In this document: piece by piece, positions 38,501 through 48,100 of the stretch | Layout of the letters: the number at the start of each line of letters is the position of its first letter | Numbering within the stretch: the stretch's first letter is position 1 | Origin: Macrostomum lignano | Taxonomy: Eukaryota | Reading direction: 5' to 3' | Length of the DNA stretch: 64,000 bases | Assembly: GCA_002269645.1 (NCBI GenBank) | Contig: NIVC01000438.1 | Span: 597,379-661,378, forward strand | Notes under the pieces: generated by a model | Seen by the model: the letters and a program-made list of their open reading frames with translations, nothing else | Told to the model about the DNA's origin: nothing | Database searches by the model: none | Translations under genes and position numbers: made by a program

Positions 38501-39678
38501 ACAAAGCTGCTGAACAAAAGGTTATCAACAAAATGAGAAAACATCTCTGGCATAAGAGATACTCCAAAAGGCAGATCAATGAGATCAACAAACGAGAAGT
38601 GAATTACTCGACGATAATACCAGTAAAAACTTAATGTCTATATTAAATTGAGTTAAGACATAATTTCATTTGAGTTAAGACATTACTTGAGATATGATTT
38701 GAGACTGAATGATTTGAAATTGGCGTAGTGAAGTGGGAAGTCTGGAATTTGGAAATACATAAAATCGTGTCAGTGTCACAGGGTTGTTGTCTGAGTTAAT
38801 AATAAAATATCACTGGCTTCAAAAAAAGTTTTTAAAAGGTTTTTGTGACTAGAAATGTAAATTTTTTGTTTTCTGTTTGTTAATTATTTTACATGAAGAA
38901 ATTTTTTGTTCAAAAAAGCCTAATGTTGCTGCTCAAAAAAATTTGTCCTGCTCAATTATTTTCAAAATGCTCTGTGGTCACACTGCTCTTAACTACCACT
39001 GTTTACCTATTTGCCCCTCAATATACTAAAACTGACATGTTGTCTATATGTATGTGGGTATGTGAGTATGTAACAAAATTATTCCTAGGCTTTTTTTATA
39101 TAAAGTGTATCATGCTTGACACACATAGTAGGCAAAGTGTATAATGCTTATTACCCATTAGCAGACTTTGAGGACTTATTCCAATAGGGTAAATAATTGT
39201 TATTATTTACCACTTACTACTAAAAACACAAGGTGTTCAATATCTAGCCAAATTCCCTATATAAGTAAATTTATATATAATATAGAAATAATATATAATA
39301 ATAAATGCTATTTTCCCGTAGCTAAACTTGTATAATTAGAAATTTAATTTATAATAGATAAACATAAGATTGCAATATTAAAGGTACTATTTACTAGATA
39401 AAGAAGTTGATTAATCTAAGTTGTCAATTACTTGAAGATAAAGTTGACAGTTTATACAGTAATAACTAAGTCTTTTGTCTTTGCACTAAAAGACTGTCTT
39501 TAATGTTGCAGGACAAAAGTCAAAGCATAGTGAGAATATGCAAATTGCAGGAATAGAATACAAATATGAATAAGAATTAAGGCCTAAAAATTCTTTTTTT
39601 TTCTTTTTAAAATATAACTAAATCAAACTTCTAAAAGTGTTAAAAAAAATAGGATAATTTTAAGTATTTATTAGGTTA

Positions 39679-40468
39679 TGTTGTGAATTCGTAACTTAAT
39701 GTATTAATACAAATATTTGCCCTTACTGTAGTCTCTCTCTCTCTCTCTCTCTCTCCCTCTGCCAACCCTTCCCACCCCTTCCATGCTTGCAACTTGTTGT
39801 GAGCTATTTTCTTAGAGTACTTTATTTATTTTTGGTGCCACTGCACTAGACCCAATCAATTGACAAACTATTATTGTAGTTGTTTATTTGTCCAGCCTAT
39901 GTCTGCAACTTTCTCATCCCTGATTATTATTATCCCTCCCCCTCCGTGCTCTCTCATTGGCTGTCGCTGTTTTCTGTAATTCTGGTTTTCTACCCCCCAG
40001 TCGCGTTTTGTGTGGCTGCAGCCAATCCCCGCTCGCTCTCTCTACGCACCCCGCCTTTTCTCTTACCCTGCAGCTTTTGCCCCACCCCATGTTGTGCTGG
40101 CAGATATTTATTGGCGTGCGCTCCTGTCTTCTCCCTCCCATGCGACTGCTTCTCTTTTGACTCCTTCGCCGCAAATAGTATATGACAATAAACCAAAAAC
40201 AAGCGTGCCAACAATTGTGTTCAACCTAGACGCCTAGCGCGCCAAGTATCTGCGCCACAGTAAGTATTGTTCTGTTCCTGTCATTTCGGGGTCAAGTGCC
40301 TCTAGGACTTTGTCACTGGGGCCTGTGCATTCGCTGCGACCCTGGTTGCTGGCCTACTGCCTGCGCGTTTGTGCGACAGTGGGTTGGCAAGCAGCAGGAC
40401 TGGGGCTGCGTTTTCCTGCTCGTACAGAGCGCAAGACGTAGCTGGCTGGTCCATCTCGGGACACAACA
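39679..40468 (+). repeat. 5' LTR
   Basis: Colinear with 47311-48100; I count 17 substitutions and no indels. AATAAA at 40187-40192. Confidence 0.97.
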
Positions 40469-40469
40469 T

Positions 40470-40487
40470 TGGTGCCGTGACCAGGAT
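40470..40487 (+). promoter_or_regulatory. Primer-binding site complementary to the tRNA-His 3' end
   Basis: TGGTGCCGTGACCAGGAT one base after the LTR; it is the rc of ATCCTGGTCACGGCACCA, the invertebrate tRNA-His 3' end as I recall it. Confidence 0.85.
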
Positions 40488-40641
40488 AGTATTGTGCTTG
40501 AGGGTGTTTATGAGCTCGTGTTAGAATAGTTTAGATTAGTGCGGCTAGGGATCTGTTTGGAAGAGGGATTGCTTCCGATTTGTTAGTGTCGTTTTTACGT
40601 CATTGTGTTTCTGTTGTTGTTGAGCATACGATTGCGCTGTC

Positions 40642-41751
40642 GTGATGGGAGACGAAGGTGTGAATAGACTGGTGGAGTTAATGTCGGCGTCAGTTTGTCG
40701 GGCGTTGCAGCAGGACATCAACGTGGCACAGAATGTACAGCGGCCAGCGAAGCCCCCGAAGTACTGCATTGGAGATAATTTCAGGCTATGGTTGCAGAGG
40801 TTCAATGCCTATTGTGAAGCATCGCAGATAGTGGAAGACAATCGCCGGCCTCATCTCTTCAGCTTCTTGGATCTAAATACGGCTTTCGCGGCAGTGGAGA
40901 ATATTCAGCTGGAGGAGGGTGCCACGTATGATGATTTCACCGATGCACTCCTAGAAAGGTTCCAGCAGCAACGCACGGCCGAGGATTTCAAGCTGGAGCT
41001 GGAGTCGCGAGTCCAAAAAGAGGGCGAGACGTATGAGACTTATGCAGATGTGCTGTTAGAGTTAGCAAGGAACGGGTACCCAGATGAAGACATGCCAGTC
41101 GGAATCATCAACAGCTTTGCCAGAGACCACTTCAAGAAGGGCATCCGAGCACCGGAACATGTCAAAGAGTACGTTATGCTGCAGCAACCCGCCACCCTTA
41201 CGGATGTGATTCGTTGCGTGCAACGAAAGGAGGCCGCCGGTCGAGCCACCAAGCCGACAGGTTCAGAACAAGCTTACCGGAAAATTGCTTCGACCATTGG
41301 TGTGGTGAATACCGGAGGCACCAGTTCAGACGGATTAGAAGAACTTCAACAGCGGATTCAAGACCTGGAAGGGCAGTTGAAGCGGCTGAATCAGGCACCG
41401 CCTCCTCAACAGTCTGCTGCACCCTTGTCTTCTGGGTCTGCGCGTTCGCGCGGCCCGGGGCCTGGGTTACAAGGTGGCAGAGGGGCCTGCGTGTATGGCG
41501 CGACCCCTAGTCAGCTGGCAGGGCAGCAGCAGAGGCAGGCCGGTGCTTGCTTTCAGTGTGGAAACATTGGCCACCTAGCGCGCGAGTGCCCAAGTCGCTC
41601 CGGAATGATGCAGCAACCGCAGTCAAACCCAGCGGCGAGGACTGGTGGTCCAAGGCGTTGCTACGCGTGCAACCAGCCGGGTCATCTGGCCAAGAATTGT
41701 TGGTCGGGAAACTTCAACAGAGGTCCTGGGAAGGGGAGCCAGGGCCTCTAA
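40642..41751 (+). CDS. gag: Gag (369 aa) with two CCHC zinc knuckles
   Basis: Intact ORF containing CFQCGNIGHLAREC and CYACNQPGHLAKNC. Confidence 0.93.
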   Translation: MMGDEGVNRLVELMSASVCRALQQDINVAQNVQRPAKPPKYCIGDNFRLWLQRFNAYCEASQIVEDNRRPHLFSFLDLNTAFAAVENIQLEEGATYDDFTDALLERFQQQRTAEDFKLELESRVQKEGETYETYADVLLELARNGYPDEDMPVGIINSFARDHFKKGIRAPEHVKEYVMLQQPATLTDVIRCVQRKEAAGRATKPTGSEQAYRKIASTIGVVNTGGTSSDGLEELQQRIQDLEGQLKRLNQAPPPQQSAAPLSSGSARSRGPGPGLQGGRGACVYGATPSQLAGQQQRQAGACFQCGNIGHLARECPSRSGMMQQPQSNPAARTGGPRRCYACNQPGHLAKNCWSGNFNRGPGKGSQGL

Positions 41752-41772
41752 TCCAGTCAGCCAAACCTCCCC
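41706..41772 (+). promoter_or_regulatory. -1 ribosomal frameshift signal (G GGA AAC plus stem-loop/pseudoknot)
   Basis: Slippery heptamer 41706-41712 in the gag frame, a 6-nt spacer, an 11-bp stem (41719-41729 with 41739-41749), and loop GGGGAG complementary to CTCCCC at 41767-41772. pol is in the -1 frame. Confidence 0.8.
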
Positions 41773-44700
41773 CGTCCAGTCAGCAGCCGGTTGACACACC
41801 AAGTCTGATGATGCATCCTACCAGTGTGTATGTGTCCTGTCAAATCGGTGGTCAGGTGGTCTCTGCATGTGTCGACTCGGGCGCTGCTGTGACGATCATA
41901 AATGAAGCTTTGCTTCAGAGAGTGAGAAAGACTTGGACAAAATCGCCACCGAGTATTCAGCCTCATAAATCAACAATCCATGCTGCCAACAGCAGCCCAA
42001 TCAACATCAGTGCGATCTGCTAACTTCCCTTAATGATAGGCGAGAGCGAATTGAGTATGACAGCTCTAGTATCCTCGTCGGTTTCCTACGAGCTGTTAAT
42101 GGGAGCCGACTTTCTGCTTAAGCACAACTGCCGCATCAATTTTCAAGATGGTGTACTTCACCTAGCAGATGCCAGCGTTCCGCTACGTTTTCACCAACGG
42201 CCTGCAACTGTGTGTCACATTCTAGCGTCGGAGCGAATTGTGGTTCCGCCTGGAGCAGAGAAGATAGCATCTGGTCGATTCTTAATGAAGGGTGGAAGAG
42301 GACGATACACGAGAAGCCCAGGAGTAATTGAGGAAAGTCAAGACCGGAAGCGCGCAGGTTCCGCGGTGTTAGCGAGGTCCTTAGTGATGCCCACGGAAGA
42401 CGCTCGAGTCCCCGTACGGCTGGCAAACTTCTCGGAGGTTCCTGTCACCATCCGCAAGGGTGAGACAGTTGCGTGGTACCATCCGCTCGATCCGCTGCAG
42501 CCCATCGCGCTAGCAACGTTGAGTGAAGCCAAGGATGCAGCTCCGACACTGGAAAAGCCTTGCCAAGAAGAGAGTGAGGTGGCCGAGGAGCTCCTAGCAG
42601 GTCTGAAGAATTGGGGAAGTTGTGGTTTGTCGGCAGAGCAAGAGGCGAAGTTCAGAGCGCTAATCCAGTGCAACAGAGACGTATTTGCAACCGAACTTGC
42701 CGAGGCCACGGTAACGAATGTCAGTGAGCACCGAATTGACACGGGGACGGCAAGACCTATCAAACAGGCTCCACGACGACTGCCGCCACATCTTAGAGCA
42801 GAAGTTGACGAGCAACTTGATGAGCTTCTGGCGCAAGGAAAAATCGAAGAGGCAATGTCCCCATGGAGCTCGCCAGTGGTCTGTGTGCAAAAGAAAGACA
42901 ATTTGCTTCGAATGTGCGTGGACTATCGTCGGGTCAACAATGTGACCGTTAAGGACGCCATTCCACTACCTTGCATCGATGAAGCCCTAGAAGCGCTACA
43001 TGGAACAGCCGTGTACAGTTCCCTAGATCTGCAATCTGGCTACCATCAAGTTCCGGTAGCTGCAGAAGACCGAGACAAGACTGCATTTGCTGTGCCGCAC
43101 CGCGGACAATTCCAATGGCTAGTGATGCCATTTGGTGTCACCAACGGCCCAGCAATGTTCAGCCGCATCATGCAAACTGTGCTGCACCCATTGGCCTAGA
43201 AGATATGCCTCGTGTATCTGGACGACATTTTGGTTTTTTCTAACACCGTAGAAGATCATCTGGCCAGGTTGAGTGAAATTTTTCAGCGGCTGAGAAGTGC
43301 AAATCTAAAGCTGAATCCGAAGAAGTGCGAGCTGCTTAGTTCCGAAGTGAGCTTTCTGGGTCATCGAGTCTCGGCGGACGGCATCGGAACTGACCCAGAG
43401 AAGGTCCGAGCAATTTGCGAGTGGCCGACACCATGCACTGTCAAGGATGTGCAAGCGTTTCTCAGCACTGTTGGCTACTACAGGCGTTTTATTCAAGATT
43501 TTTCGCACACAGCTGAACCATTGATGGAACTGACAAGATCTACATCACCGTTCCAGTGGGGATCGGCCCAAGAAGAAGCCTTCCAGCGGCTGAAAGAGGC
43601 GCTGACCGGAGAACAGGTCATGGCGTACCCGAACTTTGCTCCAGATGCACCGCCGTTCATCTTGGATACAGATGGCAGTTTGTCAGTGGGAATCGGAGGC
43701 GTCCTATCTCAGCTGCAACCGGACGGGTCGGAGAAAGTCATTGCGTACGGATCACGCACCCTGTCATCTGCAGAGCGGAATTACTGCATGACCCGCGTTG
43801 AGCTCCTCGCTGTAGTCACCTTTATTCGCCAATTCAAGTACTTTCTGCTCGGGAAGCACTTCATTCTTCGAACCGACCATAGCAGTCTGCGCTGGCTGCA
43901 TTCATTCAAGAATGTTGAAGGTCAAGCTGCGAGATGGCTGGAGCAGCTAGCCTGCTTTGACTACACGATCATACATCGAGCAGGCCGGGACCATGGGAAT
44001 GCCGACGGGTTATCACGTAGGCCGAGAAGCCACTTTGGAGCAACCACGTGCCTGTCCTGCAAGGAGCAGCCTGAGGTCAGTGCAGTAACATTCGAGTCGG
44101 GACTCCAACAACGCGTCCATGAAGCGCAGCTCAAACATCCTGAACTACGTCTGCTAAGACAGGCAGTGCAGACAGGGCGACTAGAGTCGCTTGGAACTGG
44201 GCACCCAGGACCAGGAACACCCTACTGGAAGGCGCTGATGGCCAGAAAAGATGAACTGTGCATGGTCAATGACCTGCTGTGCATCAGGACAGAGAAGAAT
44301 TTCAAAGTTGTTCTGACGGCAGAAACGACGAATTTGGTCATCTTAGAATTACACAGTGGAGCCAGTGGAGCGCACAGCAGATTTTTCAAGACGAAGAAAA
44401 AAGTGACCTCGCGATTTTGGTTTCCGGGCCTTGGCAGACTGGTAGAAGAGTTCATTCGATGCTGTGTAACCTGCAGAAAATCAAAGACGAAGCAGCGAGG
44501 CCGAGCACCCCTCGAGCCGATTCAAACTGGTGCTCCATTTGAACGTGTCATGGTTGACATTGTCGGACCGCTTCCACAAACAAGGAAAGGAAACATGTAC
44601 ATCCTGACAATTCAAGATGCTTTCACCAAATGGCTGGATGCGTACCTGCTTCGAAACCAGAAGGCTGCAAGCTGTGCAAAGGTGTTTGTCGAATGCTGGA

Positions 44701-45626
44701 TCAGTCAACACGGATGTCCGCAGTTCCTGCACTCGGATCAAGGCCAAAATTTCGAGTCAAGATTAACTACGGAACTGCGCTCGTTGCTAGGCATCAAGAA
44801 GACAAGAACAACACCGTACCACCCAATGGGGAACGGTCAAGTGGAAAGCTTTAATCGTACGCTTGGCACCAGCTTGAGAAGCCTGATGGTCAAAAATGGA
44901 GCAGCGCAGTCAAGTTGGGAAGAATTTATACCGGCGGTGCTAATGGCGTATCGGTCCAGTGTACATCGAGGAACCGGCTACACACCGCACTACCTGGTGT
45001 ACGGTGAGGAGATGCGACTGCCTGTTGACCTGATGAACAAGCCGCCTCAAGTGCAGCCGAGTGAAACAACGGAATATGTTGCTGAACTACATCGCAAGAT
45101 GCAAGCAGCTGGCGACACCGTGCGGACCAACCTGTCAATGTATCAGAGACAGCAAAAGGATCAGTACGACACGGGAGCTCGTGGTTCGGGATTCAACGAA
45201 GGAGATCTGGTCTACGTGTATCAGCCTTGTCTGGAGACCGGCGAAGCAAAGAAGTTCCATGTGTACTGGACTGGACCGGTGAAAGTGTTCAAGCGAGAAA
45301 GTGCAACTCGATACAGGGTAGGGCACCCGACGAACAACCGGAAGAGGAAAACCGTGCACTTTAACAACTTGCACCTTTACCGTCGCGCTGAACAGAGTGA
45401 GCAAGATGGGCAACGTGTACCGGTCCCTGAGCAACGGGAATCCGATGAGCACAACGAGGAGGATGATGATGAAGATGGCGAGAGTGAGTGGGTGCAGCTG
45501 CCTCAACCCGAAGCAGTAGATTTCGGAGTCCCTGGCAGTCCGGGTAGGCCACCCACGCCAGAGCGTCGTTACCCGGTTAGAAACCAGGTCCCTATGCAGT
45601 TTTTTGGTAATCCCGTGCATCACTGA
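41712..45626 (+). pseudogene. pol: Pol (protease-RT-RNase H-integrase), one frame with two nonsense codons
   Basis: Protease VDSGA; RT LRMCVDYRRVN, MPFG..N.P, YLDD; RNase H ILDTDGS..., LRTDH; integrase H-H/C-C and DDE core (MVDIVGP, HSDQG, GQVESFN). In-frame TAA at 42021-42023 and TAG at 43197-43199. Confidence 0.93.
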
Positions 45627-45727
45627 CCAGTCATGGAGCGAACGCACAGGATGAAGGAGGCAGAAAAGTGCATGAATTTAAATAGTCGTCTACCTTCTAG
45701 CAAGTCAATTGCCATTTCATTTTTAGT

Positions 45728-46579
45728 ATGTACTACAAAGTCCTGGGTGTCGCATCTGATGCGACCATGCAGCAGGTTAAGAAGGCTTACTACTAGCGCA
45801 TACGTCATGCACATCCAGACAAGGTAGGGCCAGGCGCTCGGCGGCAGGCACAAGAAATAAATGAAGCGTATCGAGTATTGAGTGATCCGTTTCTGCGAAT
45901 CGTGTACGAACAGTTTGGTCCCGAGGGTGCGCAGGCGCCGAAAATGTTTCTGTCACGACTGAGACTGCTAGCTGGGATGGCAATACCGACTAAGTACTTT
46001 GAGCAGGTGGAAATATCGTCAGAATCTGAGGATGACACCGAGGATGAGCAGGAAAGTCGACTGCAGTTGATCGGGAAGCCGAGTGTGGGAAGCGAAGATG
46101 AGCCAGTGAATACAGCGGTCCGCAACAAATTGAAGCGCGCTTGTTTACGTGGGAACGCGTCGGAAATTGCGAGGTTGATGGCGGAAATCCGGCAGTTATA
46201 TTCGGCGCGTCAGGCAGTAGCTGAGGTCAAGAGAGCGTTACTGAATGGGTTAAAGGATCTAGCGACGAAAAAGATCGGCCCCTCGAAGATTGTCATGAGC
46301 GTCAACGAGTACAAATCGACATCAAGAGCAGTGTGGGAAGCTGCTCAGTCGCTAGAGTTCCGCTGTGTAGGAGTGTTAGTAGCGTCAGTGCGTTGCTTTA
46401 GGCCCTTCCTGGTCAATAAGGTTTTTAGGCGGGCACCAATGGCACCCGGGACGGGGGAACCCAACCGTTCCAGCCCTGCTGCGGACGCGGATGTCCTGGT
46501 GCTGGATGCCGAGGAAGAGGACCTGGATGACCTGGGCGAGGAAGCGACGAGCGGCGGCATGAACTCGTTGAAACTGTGA
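45728..46579 (+). CDS. ORF3: J-domain (DnaJ/Hsp40-type) protein in the env position, with one premature TAG at 45794-45796
   Basis: My translation from ATG 45728: MYYKVLGVASDATMQQVKKAYY*RIRHAHPDKVGPGARRQAQEINEAYRVLSDPFLRIVYEQFGPEG. HPD is at 45812-45820. It is in frame with the listed 45878-46579 ORF. Confidence 0.85.
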
Positions 46580-47297
46580 ACATTGAATGACGGATCGTGG
46601 CAACAGAATGTTAAGGACCCAGGCCCGGGTTCAGCCTTAGCAACTGCCGTGGAGGCGATGCAAGTGTTTCATCGAAAAGTCTTGTCGCGAGTGACCTACA
46701 ATGTACCTGCCCTACACCTGACCTACAGCGCGCCGGCCCCACACCTGACCTACCACACACCAGCCCTACATTTGACTGCCTAAGCTGAGTGCACCTGAGT
46801 TTTGAAAGTCAGTTTAGACTACTGTAAAATTTTCGAAGATTGCTTATTCCTTGCGCTGTTGTTGATTCTCAGGAGTTTCAATTTCAATTTTGTTGCTGGT
46901 TTTGAGATCGTGCTGCAAGCCTGGCTGCGTCTGAGATGCCTTAATTGCTGGCGTGATGCTAATTCTTAATAATTGTTTTTTGCATAACCAAGTTAATACA
47001 ACATTAATTGTCATCTTTTTGCCCTGTTGGCCAATTTTCTGTTCAATGCTCAATGTTCATGTTCCGTATTCCATGACAACGTTGAATTTTCCATGTTATG
47101 TTCTCCCTTTCATCCTTTCATGTTTTTGCATCATCCATCACTCTTCATGCCATTGCCAGCCGGCTCGCTCTCAATCACTGGTGAAGGGAATTTTTTTGCT
47201 CATCTTGCTCATCGCATGCAAAGGCCCCGCTGATACTTGTACAAGCCGAATTGTCTCAAATACTGTACCATACAAACATTTTTTGTGTGACTTCGTC

Positions 47298-47310
47298 AAG
47301 AAGGGGAGAA
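47298..47310 (+). promoter_or_regulatory. Polypurine tract
   Basis: AAGAAGGGGAGAA immediately before the 3' LTR. Confidence 0.9.
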
Positions 47311-48100
47311 TGTTGTGAATTCGTAACTCAATGTATTAATACAAATATTTGCCCTTACTGTAGTCTCTCTCTCTCTCCCTCTCTCTCCCTCTGCCAACCC
47401 TTCCCACCCCTTCCATGCTTGCAACTTGTTGTGAGCTATTTTCTTAGAGTACTTTATTTATTTTTGGTGCCACTGCACTAGACCCAATCAATTGACAAAC
47501 TATTATTGTAGTTGTTTATTTGTCCAGCCTATGTCTGCAACTTTCTCATCCCTGATTATTATTATCCCTCCCCCTCCGTGCTCTCTCATTGGCTATCGCT
47601 GTTTTCTGTAATTCTGGTTTTCTACCCCCCAGTCGCGCTTTGTGTGGCTGCATCCAATCCCCACTCGCTCTCTCTACGCACCCCGCCTTTTCTCTTACCC
47701 TGCAGCTTTTGCCCCACCCCATGTTGTGCTGGCAGATATTTATTGGCGTGCGCTCCTGTCCTCTCCCCCCCATGCGACCGCTTCTCCTCTGACTCCTTCG
47801 CCGCAAATAGTATATGACAATAAACCAAAAACAAGTGTGCCAACAATTGTGTTCAACCTAGACGCCCAGCGCGCCAAGTATCCGCGCCACAGTAAGTATT
47901 GTTCTGTTCCTGTCATTTCGGGGTCAAGTGCCTCTAGGACTTTGTCACCGGGGCCTGTGCGTTCGCTGCGACCCTGGTTGCTGGCCTACTGCCTGCGCGT
48001 TTATGCGACAGTGGGTTGGCAAGCAGCAGGACTGGGGCTGCGTTTTCCTGCTCGTACAGAGCGCAAGACGTAGCTGGCTGGTCCATCTCGGGACACAACA
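47311..48100 (+). repeat. 3' LTR
   Basis: 790 bp, matches the 5' LTR. Confidence 0.97.

Larger units (their letters stand above)
39679..48100 (+). mobile_element. Full-length Ty3/Gypsy LTR retrotransposon with an extra J-domain ORF
   Basis: Two 790-bp LTRs with TGTTGTG...CACAACA ends, a 4-bp TSD GTTA (39675-39678 / 48101-48104), PBS, PPT, gag and pol in PR-RT-RH-IN order. Confidence 0.97.

Noticed and set aside
39880-40529. ORFs present twice (also 47512-48155)
   Set aside because: They fall within the two LTRs, have no recognisable motifs, and differ in stop positions between copies.
45627-47297. env gene in the third-ORF position
   Set aside because: No signal peptide, furin site or TM anchor was seen; the region encodes a J-domain protein instead.
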